Sequence record: PZ179880.1
DNA length: 64,000 bases
Direction: 5' to 3' (one strand)
Source: a phage
The notes under the pieces are model-generated. The model had not been told where the DNA came from. It saw nothing but the letters and a program-made list of their open reading frames with translations, and made no database searches. A program made the translations under genes and the position numbers. The stretch's first letter is position 1. Every line of letters begins with the position of its first letter. Below are positions 8,377 to 17,908 of this stretch, piece by piece.

Positions 8377-9315
8377 TTATTTAAATTGTTCAGTAACGTC
8401 TTCAACTACTTCGTATTGACAGGTACGCATTTTAGCATCGTTATAATCAATCGGAATTGATACTACATCACGCGGATGTACTTTAACTTTTACAACTCGA
8501 CTGGTTGAACTGCCAAAGTGACGAATATAAGATTTAGAACACACATGCAGACCACGAGAACAAGTTTGTGTATCATCGTCATTCACACGAGTACGTGGCA
8601 TTTTAACTACTTTACCAGGACTGTTATCAAAGGTATTTGAGTGACAGTCAAAGTAATTGCTGCGAACTACTTTCCAAGCATAGAAGTAACCGTCTTCTGT
8701 AATTTCAATATCGTTTGCTACCAAGAAATCAAAGAGTCGAGATACCGCTTTTTGGCTCGGGTTTTCCAGCAGATTTTCCAAGAACGGAAAATAAAATTCA
8801 AAGTTTTCACCTTTTTCCATCGAATCGAGAATACGATCAACTAAACCAGACCGCAATTCAATATTTTGATAGAACAGGCTTCCACCTTCAATTCGAACAT
8901 CACCGGAAATATATTTTTCAACTGCGCGACGAACATTAATTTTTTGTGCCGCTTCTTCCAATTTATCTGCAACAAGCAGATTAAGAATTTCCTGGAAGTT
9001 TGAATGAGTATTAGGAGTTGCGTTGTAAGTTACGCCATCAACAGTAATTGAAATGAATTTTTTAGATGCATTCCAAATAATGTCAGATTTAGCAACTGAA
9101 GCAATAGCTACATCACTCTTAACTTCAACTGTAATGTCACCGCTAATGGTAACTTTGGAACGCTCAGCTTCTTCAGCATTTTTCAAAACACGACGGATTG
9201 TGTCAACCGATACACCTTGCCAATCAGCCAATTCCTGTTGGGTATAATTACCACTTGAATACAGTTTAACAATTTCAGCTTGTTCGTTTTTGGTCAGGCA
9301 TTTAATATTGTACAT
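8377..9315 (-). CDS. rIIB: rIIB protein
   Basis: 312 aa, same length as T4 rIIB; directly downstream of rIIA as in T4. Confidence 0.95.
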   Translation of the reverse strand: MYNIKCLTKNEQAEIVKLYSSGNYTQQELADWQGVSVDTIRRVLKNAEEAERSKVTISGDITVEVKSDVAIASVAKSDIIWNASKKFISITVDGVTYNATPNTHSNFQEILNLLVADKLEEAAQKINVRRAVEKYISGDVRIEGGSLFYQNIELRSGLVDRILDSMEKGENFEFYFPFLENLLENPSQKAVSRLFDFLVANDIEITEDGYFYAWKVVRSNYFDCHSNTFDNSPGKVVKMPRTRVNDDDTQTCSRGLHVCSKSYIRHFGSSTSRVVKVKVHPRDVVSIPIDYNDAKMRTCQYEVVEDVTEQFK

Positions 9316-9326
9316 AATTTTCCTTA

Positions 9327-11504
9327 TTAGGCCGCAAGGGCCTTCATAGTTTTAGCGATTTGGGAAACTTCATCATCACTTAAAGAGTTGCGATAACCGA
9401 TGAAGTCGGAAACAATACGGAATTTCTTGGTAAACTCAGCAACCATTTTATCACTGTTTTTTGAAGCATTATTTGATAATACATCAAAAAGATTAGTTAC
9501 TGTCCAGATGTCATGACCGATGGTATCTTTTCCACCGTTGAAATATACACCCTGTAATGAACTAACCATATTAGCGAGTCGTGTATATTCTTCAGAAACT
9601 TCATCTACACTGAAGTACTTCATCATAAAATCTAGTTCAGGATACTTGATAATTTTATCAATATATCGTTTAGCTGAACTTGAATAACCTACATACTTAT
9701 CATAATCTACATCATCAAAAGCATCTACATATAAATCACGCAAAGTTTCAAAAATACATTGGCACTGACCGAGTTCTTTTACCTTTTTCTGCAAAAGCGG
9801 ACGAATAACATAAAACTCATTAATGCCAATAAGATTAGCCATACGAATCAAAATATTCATAGATGGATGACAAAGAGATGTAGTACCATCCATAGAGAAA
9901 ATATCAGAACGATGCATATACGCTACATACCCAGTAATTTCATCTGCTTCTGATGTGAGCGTAAATAATTCCTCTTTTTCCCAGCGCCCGTCTTTAATTT
10001 CAAACTTAAATGCTGTAGCAGCTTTAGGACGAGGAGCTTTACTTTTAACTACCTTTGGAATATAGCTTTTAACTAAAGCTTCAATTTCTGACAAATAATG
10101 AATGTTAACTTCATCACTTTCAAACATCGCCATAATATCAGGAAGCAAATCAATCTGCGATTCTACTTCTGGATTAATAAACAGAAGGCGTTCGTTGTGA
10201 TGAATATTCAAAGTGTTATTAAATTCACTATCATCTAACGCATGTGCTAATCCACGGACAATATTAACACGATTTTTAATATTATCAATAACGATATTAA
10301 TTTTTGTTGCATTAATACCAAACAGACGATAACTTGATGCAACGGCTGAAGTTTCATGACTTTGCTTAATGCGCTTCAGTCGAGGGTCAAGATTTACTTC
10401 ATACACAACTCCTGCATTGCATAACTTACTATCAGGTTCAAACATGCTTTGCATCTTCTTATATGACAGATTTTTAGTCGTAAATTTGACTGAATTACTA
10501 ATCATATAATCTCGAGCAGAATACCCCATCTTCATCAATTCACGATATGTATGACGGGGAGATGTGGATTCTTTAAATCGTTTTACATCTTCATTAAATG
10601 CTTTCTCACTGAGTTCTTTAACTCGTTCAATAATATTTTTACGAGTACGATCATCCAGTGAAAGAGCCTCGCGAGATGGAGCAATATCAAGTGAACCCAT
10701 TGGAAACTTAATGTAATTCACTTCATTGCGGATGCTTAACCAGTTACGGTCTCTAATGACACCATCAATAGGATAAACAATACCACCATAGATAGCATAC
10801 AATCCACCACGATCTGGCCAGTATCTTTCTGGATTTACGCCGTAATAATCATCAAAATCCGGAAAATAATCAATTTCGCGGTCAAGACCATTAATGATAG
10901 CCAAATCTTTGAATGGTCGCATGATATAGGAAACTTCATAAGCAAAGTTTCTAAAGTCTTTTTCTTCAACTGGAACTACGATTTCAATACCAGTTTTATC
11001 GTCTGGACCCATTTCTTTTACGAATGTAGGTTTAATCTGCGGACCGTCACCATCCATATAAGCTACATAACCGCGAATTTCACCTTTATGGTACGAAGTA
11101 ATACTAAACGTATCAGTATAACTAAACGGAGATTTAGAACCTAAACCAAATCCACCAATGAAATCGTTAGATTCAGCCTTAGATGAACTGAAGTATGAAT
11201 TATACAACCCAGGAGAATTATCATCACCCTGAATATCAAAATCGCTCATACCCGGACCAAAATCTCGGCAAACAAATCGCGGATCTAATCGTCCTGGAAC
11301 TTGAATGATAAATTTTTCAGGATTTCCATTGAGAGCATGGGCATCAATCATGTTGGTAATCAATTCACGTACTACTGCGCGAATCTTGTTTGTGTACAAA
11401 TCAGATGATAGAATTTTAAATACTTTAGGAGATGCTGTGATGCTAAATGCTTTTGATTTAGAACCATTACCAAGAATTGTTTCTTTTTCAGTGGTGATAA
11501 TCAT
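9327..11504 (-). CDS. rIIA: rIIA protein (GHKL/Bergerat-fold ATPase-like N-terminal domain)
   Basis: 725 aa, same length as T4 rIIA; N-terminal motif [10 protein letters not shown]...GxGxG. Confidence 0.95.
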   Translation of the reverse strand: MIITTEKETILGNGSKSKAFSITASPKVFKILSSDLYTNKIRAVVRELITNMIDAHALNGNPEKFIIQVPGRLDPRFVCRDFGPGMSDFDIQGDDNSPGLYNSYFSSSKAESNDFIGGFGLGSKSPFSYTDTFSITSYHKGEIRGYVAYMDGDGPQIKPTFVKEMGPDDKTGIEIVVPVEEKDFRNFAYEVSYIMRPFKDLAIINGLDREIDYFPDFDDYYGVNPERYWPDRGGLYAIYGGIVYPIDGVIRDRNWLSIRNEVNYIKFPMGSLDIAPSREALSLDDRTRKNIIERVKELSEKAFNEDVKRFKESTSPRHTYRELMKMGYSARDYMISNSVKFTTKNLSYKKMQSMFEPDSKLCNAGVVYEVNLDPRLKRIKQSHETSAVASSYRLFGINATKINIVIDNIKNRVNIVRGLAHALDDSEFNNTLNIHHNERLLFINPEVESQIDLLPDIMAMFESDEVNIHYLSEIEALVKSYIPKVVKSKAPRPKAATAFKFEIKDGRWEKEELFTLTSEADEITGYVAYMHRSDIFSMDGTTSLCHPSMNILIRMANLIGINEFYVIRPLLQKKVKELGQCQCIFETLRDLYVDAFDDVDYDKYVGYSSSAKRYIDKIIKYPELDFMMKYFSVDEVSEEYTRLANMVSSLQGVYFNGGKDTIGHDIWTVTNLFDVLSNNASKNSDKMVAEFTKKFRIVSDFIGYRNSLSDDEVSQIAKTMKALAA

Positions 11505-11514
11505 AATTTCCTCA

Positions 11515-11718
11515 TTAATTCATATTGCGTTTAATAACTTCAGCAACTTCTAGTAGTTCATCTTTAGTTGCGGTGTCGGATTGAATTTTATCTCTAATAT
11601 CCTTAAAGCGGTTTTTAAACTCTTCGGCTTCTCCCATATCGAAAAAGCGTTGAATGATTCTATATTCTCGATGAACTGCTTTATCAAAAAGTTCTAAATT
11701 TACTTTATATGATTTCAT
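11515..11718 (-). CDS. Hypothetical protein (67 aa), rIIA.1 position
   Basis: Minus-strand ORF between gene 39 and rIIA, downstream of early promoter. Confidence 0.6.
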   Translation of the reverse strand: MKSYKVNLELFDKAVHREYRIIQRFFDMGEAEEFKNRFKDIRDKIQSDTATKDELLEVAEVIKRNMN

Positions 11719-11743
11719 TTCAATATCCTCATTTACCCAATTA

Positions 11744-11772
11744 ATTATACCACATCCTTGTGGTAAAGTAAA
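11744..11772 (-). promoter_or_regulatory. T4-type early promoter for the rIIA.1-rIIA-rIIB unit (-35 TTTACT, -10 TATAAT, TGn)
   Basis: Minus-strand GTTTACT..N17..TGGTATAAT; spacer holds palindrome CCACA-N4-TGTGG. Confidence 0.7.
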
Positions 11773-13590
11773 CTATTGGCTCATCCATTCTTTACGAAGG
11801 TCAGCGTTATCTCCCATGAGCATTTCAAAAAGCTCTTTCCAGTTCTCAGGAAGTTTAACAACATCATATACTGGGTTTTGAATCATCTCACGATATTCAG
11901 ATTTTTCCAAAGAGCCAAGTCCCTTAATATAACGGATGCTATGTTTAGGTAGAGCATCTTTGGCACTCTCATATTCAGCGACTGTATAAAACCATTCTTG
12001 TTTTTTACCGACCTGAGCGATGATTACAGGAGTTTTGACGAAGCGAATTCTTCCTTGTTCAAACAGTTCTGGCCAATTACTAAAAAATCCGAGCAGAGAA
12101 GGATAAATGCTTCCTAGACCATCATGGTCAGCATCGGTCATAATAGCAATATTATGATAATTCAAGTTTTCGGCTTTTTCACCAAGAACTAATCCAGTGA
12201 TTGCGCAAATATCAAACAGTTCTTTGTTTTTAAGCATATCAGCATATGACATACCCCAACTGTTGAGAACTTTACCACGTAATGGATAACCACCATGAAG
12301 TTCTTTATCACGAACATCAATAAGATATCCGATAGCAGAATCGCCCTCAGTCAAGAAAAGAGTAGTATCAGCATCTTTACCACAAAGATTCGCTTTAATA
12401 TGTTTATGAACCTTAGCTTTAGAAGCCTTTTTAGCTGCTTTAGTTTCTGCTGCTTTTTCTGCCGCCAATTTACGAGCCAAAGCAGCTTCAATAATTGGCA
12501 TTAAAATTGCTTCATTATTTAAAATAGCGCGTGAAATCTTTTTAGCATCAAGCTGAATATGACTACGAATTTCACCAAATGGAGAAGTCAAACGCTCTTT
12601 AGTTTGAGAATCAAATCGCATGTTTTTCATATCACGAACAAACATGACGATAGTCAAACATTCTTTAACACGTGCTTTAGTTACATCAATTTTGAACTTA
12701 CGTTTGATTTGTGGAATAAGGTCTTCACAAATATCATCCATAACACAGTCAATATGATGGCCACCATTCTTAGTATGAATGTTATTGACGTATGTTAATT
12801 GACGAAAACCATCCGGTGAACGACCAACCGCAATAGAACAATTTTCTTGTTCTTGAACGATAGCATGCTCATCATATTGGCGTGCATATTTCTTAAAATT
12901 ACCCTGAACCTTTTTACCATTAAAGGTAAATTGAATATCAGGATAAACTACTGCAAGTGTCTGGAGACGATCCAGTGTAATGTCAAGATAAACCTGAGAC
13001 AGCTCATTAGTTTCAAATGACATAAAATCAGGAATGAAAGTAACACGAGTTCCTTTCCATTTTCCAGGAATATCTTCCCATGATTTATTTTCCATGCCAT
13101 TTGAACAACGAACTACAATATTATTTTGACCGTCGCCAGTTTCACCGACAAACATCACAGAAAAAATGTTAGTTAAACTAGAACCAACACCGTTCATACC
13201 ACCAGTGACGCGTTCTTTGTCATCACCAAAGTTACCACCTGCTTTTGGAATAGTCCAGGCAGCAACAGGACCAGGAATTTCTTCACCAGTAGGTGTTTTA
13301 ACCATTGCCTGTGGAATACCACGACCGTTATCTTCAACTGTTACTTGGTTGTTTTTGATAGTAACATTAATTTTATTTGCGAATTTAAACTTAGTACGAA
13401 TACCTTCATCTACTGAGTTATCGATAATTTCATCAATAAGCTTAACAAGACCAGGTACATACTGAACACTTTCCCATTTACCAAACAGAAAGCGCTCATG
13501 CATTTCATTAGCAGAAGAGCCAATATACATGCCGCTACGCTTTTTGATATGTTCAATATCGCTCAGAATTTTAATTTCATTCTTAATCAT
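11773..13590 (-). CDS. 39: DNA topoisomerase II large subunit gp39 (GyrB-like ATPase), single fused ORF
   Basis: 605 aa from MIKNEIKILSDIEHIKKRSGMYIG...; continuous through the region that T4 splits into genes 39 and 60. Confidence 0.95.
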   Translation of the reverse strand: MIKNEIKILSDIEHIKKRSGMYIGSSANEMHERFLFGKWESVQYVPGLVKLIDEIIDNSVDEGIRTKFKFANKINVTIKNNQVTVEDNGRGIPQAMVKTPTGEEIPGPVAAWTIPKAGGNFGDDKERVTGGMNGVGSSLTNIFSVMFVGETGDGQNNIVVRCSNGMENKSWEDIPGKWKGTRVTFIPDFMSFETNELSQVYLDITLDRLQTLAVVYPDIQFTFNGKKVQGNFKKYARQYDEHAIVQEQENCSIAVGRSPDGFRQLTYVNNIHTKNGGHHIDCVMDDICEDLIPQIKRKFKIDVTKARVKECLTIVMFVRDMKNMRFDSQTKERLTSPFGEIRSHIQLDAKKISRAILNNEAILMPIIEAALARKLAAEKAAETKAAKKASKAKVHKHIKANLCGKDADTTLFLTEGDSAIGYLIDVRDKELHGGYPLRGKVLNSWGMSYADMLKNKELFDICAITGLVLGEKAENLNYHNIAIMTDADHDGLGSIYPSLLGFFSNWPELFEQGRIRFVKTPVIIAQVGKKQEWFYTVAEYESAKDALPKHSIRYIKGLGSLEKSEYREMIQNPVYDVVKLPENWKELFEMLMGDNADLRKEWMSQ

Positions 13591-13643
13591 CACTTATCCT
13601 CGTTTGGTTTCGGGAATATTATACTCCGGTAATCATAAAGCTA

Positions 13644-13659
13644 AAGGCCCGAAGGCCTT
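13644..13659 (-). terminator. Intercistronic UUCG-tetraloop stem-loop upstream of gene 39
   Basis: plus aaggcc-cgaa-ggcctt. Confidence 0.5.
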
Positions 13660-13920
13660 TTATTTAAAACGGATAGTCGAATCCTTGAAGAATAGACCAG
13701 AACATACGGTTCCTTCTACTTTCTGCCCAGTAGGTCCAATAGCACGAAATCCAGTATGTTGGAAATCATTTTCAGAGCAACCGAACCAATTGTATCCAGT
13801 GATTTCAATATTAGTAAAACCGCTTGAAGACAAAACTTTGGTTGCGTTATCAGCATCAGTACATCCTACTAAAGATACTGCTAATACTAATGCCGCGATA
13901 GAACGATTAACATATTTCAT
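13660..13920 (-). CDS. Putative lipoprotein (86 aa)
   Basis: MKYVNRSIAALVLAVSLVGC... signal peptide with lipobox; track start was GTG, first ATG used. Confidence 0.6.
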   Translation of the reverse strand: MKYVNRSIAALVLAVSLVGCTDADNATKVLSSSGFTNIEITGYNWFGCSENDFQHTGFRAIGPTGQKVEGTVCSGLFFKDSTIRFK

Positions 13921-13925
13921 AATTT

Positions 13926-14081
13926 TCACTTAAATTTAATGGCTTGAAGAAGACTAATAACTCTCAAACGACTTCTTTCATCTTTAACCGTAAAAGAAAG
14001 AGGGTCACCAGATTTCATAGTGATAGTGCATTCAAAATCAAAATCTTCGCGAATGCGATATTTCTTACTGATTTTAAACAT
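13926..14081 (-). CDS. Hypothetical small protein (51 aa)
   Basis: Hand-translated MFKISKKYRIREDFDFECTITMK... Confidence 0.3.
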   Translation of the reverse strand: MFKISKKYRIREDFDFECTITMKSGDPLSFTVKDERSRLRVISLLQAIKFK

Positions 14082-14083
14082 AA

Positions 14084-14260
14084 TTACCCTTTAAGTAAGT
14101 CGTAAAATCCACCATTCACATGCTTAGGAGCGGAAACTAACCGAATAGCAATCCGATGACAATCAGGACATACATCAGTATCCCTTTCAGAAATTTTCTT
14201 GATTTTTTCGTATTCTTTTGCGCAGTCTTTGGATTGGCATTTATAATCATAAAGCGGCAT
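14084..14260 (-). CDS. Small zinc-ribbon protein (58 aa)
   Basis: Hand-translated MPLYDYKCQSKDCAKEYEKIKKISERDTDVCPDCHR... with two CxxC pairs. Confidence 0.4.
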   Translation of the reverse strand: MPLYDYKCQSKDCAKEYEKIKKISERDTDVCPDCHRIAIRLVSAPKHVNGGFYDLLKG

Positions 14261-14262
14261 AA

Positions 14263-14676
14263 TTATTCCTTAAAGTGAGCTTTCAACATCTGATACAAAG
14301 ACCATGCCTGTTCATTATTTTCAATAGTAACTTTCATTACAGGGAATTCTGTAAAATCTTCTATTTGTTCTTGCTCTTCCTGCTCTTGCTCTTCGGCTGC
14401 CTGGTATGGATTTTCCACTTCATCAAAGAACTTTGCATCGTCCGCTAAAAGACAAATATAATTTTCATCGCAAATATCTTTATATAAAAATAATGTTCTG
14501 CTAGATGTCATAATTTTAATTGGAGTTTGAAGAGAATCAACATCCAAGATTTTAAAAGGTTGCATATCTAAACGTTGTGCATAAATTTTATTCTCAGTAT
14601 GGTCTTCAATAAAAGCTTCTTGAGCTTGTTTATTTTTAAATTGATACCATTTATTAACTTCAAATTTAATAGCCAT
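14263..14676 (-). CDS. Hypothetical acidic protein (137 aa); position and size fit T4 goF, not sequence-verified
   Basis: Minus-strand ORF with [10 protein letters not shown] acidic tract. Confidence 0.5.
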   Translation of the reverse strand: MAIKFEVNKWYQFKNKQAQEAFIEDHTENKIYAQRLDMQPFKILDVDSLQTPIKIMTSSRTLFLYKDICDENYICLLADDAKFFDEVENPYQAAEEQEQEEQEQIEDFTEFPVMKVTIENNEQAWSLYQMLKAHFKE

Positions 14677-14891
14677 TAATAAATTTCCTTCCAGTAAGTT
14701 GTACCGCCTTCAGTGATTTCACGGAATACACCGTAAATTGGTTGTTTATCACCGACTTTCTCATACACATAAACCGAAGTTAAGTGAGTAAACTTGCTAG
14801 TATGTTCCTTTTGAACTACTACCAAATCTGGATCGAATAATACATCTTCAAATTCGTTATTAGTGCAGTTCTGAACAATTTTACGTTTCAT
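14676..14891 (-). CDS. Hypothetical protein (71 aa); position and size fit T4 cef, not sequence-verified
   Basis: Minus-strand ORF with GAGGAAA SD, downstream of promoter at 15010-15038. Confidence 0.5.
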   Translation of the reverse strand: MKRKIVQNCTNNEFEDVLFDPDLVVVQKEHTSKFTHLTSVYVYEKVGDKQPIYGVFREITEGGTTYWKEIY

Positions 14892-15009
14892 TACAATTTC
14901 CTCATTAATTGAACATTGGAGTGATGCGTTTCAGAAGAGTAGTAGCACCTTTGGCAAATTTTCCATTTTATTCTCCAAGTTGTTTTCTGTATCAGTAGTT
15001 GATATTGAT

Positions 15010-15038
15010 ATAGTACCATAATCAACTACTGATGTATA
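15010..15038 (-). promoter_or_regulatory. Putative T4-type early promoter (weak -35 TATACA, -10 TACTAT, TGn, UP element)
   Basis: Shares the gatattgatatagtacca and ttttatgaaaaaatttt blocks with other early promoters. Confidence 0.45.
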
Positions 15039-15063
15039 TAGTTTTATGAAAAAATTTTAAACT

Positions 15064-15552
15064 TTATGCATAGAGAGCTTTGCTATAGTGTTTAATCCAG
15101 CTTTCAGGAATGACTTTGTATGTTCCTAAAAATACCACATTATACAGCTTAACACCGTCTTCTACCCACTGATCGGTAATGTATGCGCACATAGCACGAG
15201 TATAAACAGCCGCACCATCATCTTTGATAAATTTAAATTCACAAGGAGCAATGAACTTAATAGCCTGACCGAGTTTCCACTTAAAGTCTACACCTACGTG
15301 CGAAGTATCAATCGTTTCAATTCCTTTAGCAGGAACAGCTTTCAAAAACGCAGACTCAAGAAATTTCGCGCGAACATAGCCAAACTGGGGTTTAGACTTT
15401 CCATCTTTAGGAATGATACGCACTTTTACTTCAGAATCTTCATCTTTAACACCATGTTTAAGCTGAATGCTTACAATTTCAACCAATTTTCCTGCTGCTT
15501 TAGAACGGGATTTATCAGATACACGAGCAATTTCACCAATATTAATAATCAT
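15064..15552 (-). CDS. motB: MotB (DNA-binding early protein)
   Basis: 162 aa MIINIGEIARVSDKSRSKAAGKLVEIV...; sequence and length match T4 MotB (memory). Confidence 0.9.
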   Translation of the reverse strand: MIINIGEIARVSDKSRSKAAGKLVEIVSIQLKHGVKDEDSEVKVRIIPKDGKSKPQFGYVRAKFLESAFLKAVPAKGIETIDTSHVGVDFKWKLGQAIKFIAPCEFKFIKDDGAAVYTRAMCAYITDQWVEDGVKLYNVVFLGTYKVIPESWIKHYSKALYA

Positions 15553-15596
15553 AGTTATCTCTCACTTGTTAAAAAGATTTTATACTCCACGGGACC

Positions 15597-15625
15597 ATTA
15601 TACTCTGGTCCCAAGAGTTTGTAAA
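15597..15625 (-). promoter_or_regulatory. T4-type early promoter upstream of motB (-35 TTTACA, -10 TATAAT)
   Basis: Minus-strand GTTTACA..N17..TATAAT; -10 sits in loop of hairpin gggacc..ggtccc. Confidence 0.6.
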
Positions 15626-15628
15626 CTA

Positions 15629-16168
15629 TTAATTCAAAATAGCTACCACTGCACTACGAGGTACTACGCTAAAATCACCTGCATGAACAACGTTCAGAAG
15701 TTCAACACCATCTTCAATCCACTGGTCTGTTACCCAACCACAGACCGAAATAAATGGGGTCTTAATAGCTACTGCACGAGTCAAAAGGTCAGTAGGATCG
15801 CATTCTTGGAAGAGGATAAGCTCTGCTTCAAAAACTATAGTTTTAATTACTTCATCATTATCTAAACGGTGCACTCGAATCACGTAAGCTTTATTCTTAT
15901 CATGCCAATTACTTTTTGAAAAACTTTTAACCACGAACTCGCCTTCACCAAAAACGCTAGTCAATGCTTTATAACCCAAATCTAGTTCAGTAGTTTTAAT
16001 TTCAGTTTCAACCAGTTTGTAGGTTTTGCCGATTTCAATAGCGGTAGTCATAGTAGGTTCCTTAATTTCCAGTGGTTTAACAGGGCATACATAAGTGCTT
16101 ACAACATCAAAATCAATCAGTTTAGCTACCGGATTTGGTGTGTATTCAGGATTATAATTAAATTTCAT
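15629..16168 (-). CDS. MotB paralog (179 aa) sharing MotB C-terminal domain
   Basis: CGWVTDQWIEDGVELLNVVHAGDFSVVPRS aligns with MotB CAYITDQWVEDGVKLYNVVFLGTYKVIPES. Confidence 0.6.
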   Translation of the reverse strand: MKFNYNPEYTPNPVAKLIDFDVVSTYVCPVKPLEIKEPTMTTAIEIGKTYKLVETEIKTTELDLGYKALTSVFGEGEFVVKSFSKSNWHDKNKAYVIRVHRLDNDEVIKTIVFEAELILFQECDPTDLLTRAVAIKTPFISVCGWVTDQWIEDGVELLNVVHAGDFSVVPRSAVVAILN

Positions 16169-16169
16169 A

Positions 16170-16670
16170 TTATCTCATTTCAATAAAATCTACGAGTTCA
16201 GCATGTGATTTGCGGAACATTACTTGGTGCCCGCCAATGATAACTTCATCTTCAGGAACTTCATATACAGCGAGATAAAATCCTTTAGAAGATAATTCTT
16301 CGCGTTCTTCTCGCGTGAACCATCTCATCATATCATATTCGCTAGCGAAAGCAAAATGATAAAGAGCTATAAACCATCCTGGAATATGATATTCTACTCC
16401 AACATAATCTTTCTTGAACTTAGTATTAATTACTATATTAGCGTTTTTAACTAATAGTTTATCTTCGTGTGGTAAAGGAATTCTTTTATTATTATCGCTA
16501 TGATGCATAAAATTAGGTCTATCATAACCTACGTGTAATAACCACTCTTCGCTCCATGAATCTATTATACTCCTGTATGGTGTTATTTGAACACAAAGAT
16601 TTCGACGCATTGTTATAGCATCTTCATAATCAAGAATGCTAAACGATGATTCAACACGATAAATTTTCAT
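16170..16670 (-). CDS. Hypothetical protein (166 aa from MKIYRVESSF...)
   Basis: Track ORF trimmed to ATG at 16670, downstream of promoter at 16698-16726. Confidence 0.5.
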   Translation of the reverse strand: MKIYRVESSFSILDYEDAITMRRNLCVQITPYRSIIDSWSEEWLLHVGYDRPNFMHHSDNNKRIPLPHEDKLLVKNANIVINTKFKKDYVGVEYHIPGWFIALYHFAFASEYDMMRWFTREEREELSSKGFYLAVYEVPEDEVIIGGHQVMFRKSHAELVDFIEMR

Positions 16671-16697
16671 TTTATTATCCTCAGTAGCTATGATGTT

Positions 16698-16726
16698 ATA
16701 ATACCACAACTAACCGAGGAAGTAAA
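16698..16726 (-). promoter_or_regulatory. T4-type early promoter (-35 TTTACT, -10 TATTAT, TGn)
   Basis: Minus-strand GTTTACT..N17..TGGTATTAT just after dexA stop. Confidence 0.6.
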
Positions 16727-16733
16727 CAACTTT

Positions 16734-17417
16734 TTATCGTTTTGTTGGAAGAGATAGAGGATCGCACTCTTCCTCTGACGGAGCATCTTCAAGACCCATA
16801 GCATATCGCAAAGCATACTTCATCATCAGGATGTCTTTCGCACAGTCATGAATAGAATCATGTGCAACGAATCCATCCAAAGTTCCCTTTGGAAGAGGAC
16901 ACGTGGTCATATCACGAACAAGCAGAAGTGCTTCAATTCTGGTACGAATATCACGCTGATTCCAGAATTTACAAGGTTCTAACTTAAATGTGTCAAGCTC
17001 ATTCTCGGAAACGCCGTTAAGACGTTGAATATCGCGAATGAGATCAACTAAAATTGGAAAATCAAACGACATTCCACGGCACCAGCCCTGAGATTTCCAA
17101 GGATCGATATTATGCGCATTGATGTAATCATTAAATTTTGCAATACCATCGATAGTGCTTACATCTTCATTTGATGGTGCAATATTTTTTCGAGCTTCAG
17201 GAGACTGATTTTTCCACCATTCGATAGTGCTTTTAGTAAAAAGACGATGTCCTTTTTGGCTTTTTAAATCAAATTTGATTTTAATGCCGCGTGAAACTAA
17301 TTCATCAAATGTTTCAACTACTTCTGGATTAGGGTCAAAGGCAATAACAGCCAAATCAATAACAGCTGCCTTTTCACCGCTTCCCATTGTTTCAAAATCT
17401 ATAATAAAATCAAACAT
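16734..17417 (-). CDS. dexA: Exonuclease A DexA (DEDDh 3'-5' exonuclease)
   Basis: 227 aa from MFDFIIDFETMG... (exo motif I), matching T4 DexA (memory). Confidence 0.9.
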   Translation of the reverse strand: MFDFIIDFETMGSGEKAAVIDLAVIAFDPNPEVVETFDELVSRGIKIKFDLKSQKGHRLFTKSTIEWWKNQSPEARKNIAPSNEDVSTIDGIAKFNDYINAHNIDPWKSQGWCRGMSFDFPILVDLIRDIQRLNGVSENELDTFKLEPCKFWNQRDIRTRIEALLLVRDMTTCPLPKGTLDGFVAHDSIHDCAKDILMMKYALRYAMGLEDAPSEEECDPLSLPTKR

Positions 17418-17670
17418 TAATAATCGCCTTATAAAGATGGCTAATTTCACCTAAAATATAATCACTGATTGTGACAGTTTTCACTCTACCACAAAAGAAT
17501 TCTAACGCAGTCAAATCTCGTTCAATTTCTTCCAATTGAAGCATTAACTTACTAGACTCAATTTTTACAGTTTCATAATTTTTACTATAAGATATTTCAT
17601 AAATTTCGCTTACTTTATCTTGAAGAAGATAAAACTGATCTTTAGTTATTTCCACGAATAGCTTCCTCAA
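17410..17670 (-). CDS. Hypothetical protein (86 aa)
   Basis: Minus-strand ORF between dda and dexA. Confidence 0.45.
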   Translation of the reverse strand: MRKLFVEITKDQFYLLQDKVSEIYEISYSKNYETVKIESSKLMLQLEEIERDLTALEFFCGRVKTVTISDYILGEISHLYKAIINV

Positions 17671-17902
17671 ATTTAATCAGCAGCTTACAGACACTTTCAT
17701 CTAGCGTAATTACCGTGTCTGTATTACTATGATATGATTGTTTTTCAATTCGTTTAATTGCTAGTATAGTATCACTTATAAGATTAAGCTTATAAAGGAG
17801 CTCAGCTCCTGTTATCATAACACTGAGGTTATCTTGCTTGTCAGTATGCTTCTTTATACCATCTATTAGACGATTTAAATATTTTGAATTGATGTTAATC
17901 AT
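17642..17902 (-). CDS. Hypothetical protein (86 aa)
   Basis: Minus-strand ORF between dda and dexA. Confidence 0.45.
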   Translation of the reverse strand: MININSKYLNRLIDGIKKHTDKQDNLSVMITGAELLYKLNLISDTILAIKRIEKQSYHSNTDTVITLDESVCKLLIKFEEAIRGNN

Positions 17903-17908
17903 ATATCC

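Noticed and set aside
11773-13593. Gene 60 translational bypass element
   Set aside because: Gene 39 reads through as one 605-aa frame with no stop or 50-nt gap in the relevant C-terminal region.
13529-13933. Plus-strand 134-aa ORF overlapping the gene 39 start and the lipoprotein gene
   Set aside because: Antisense to two well-supported minus-strand genes and their hairpin; no SD.
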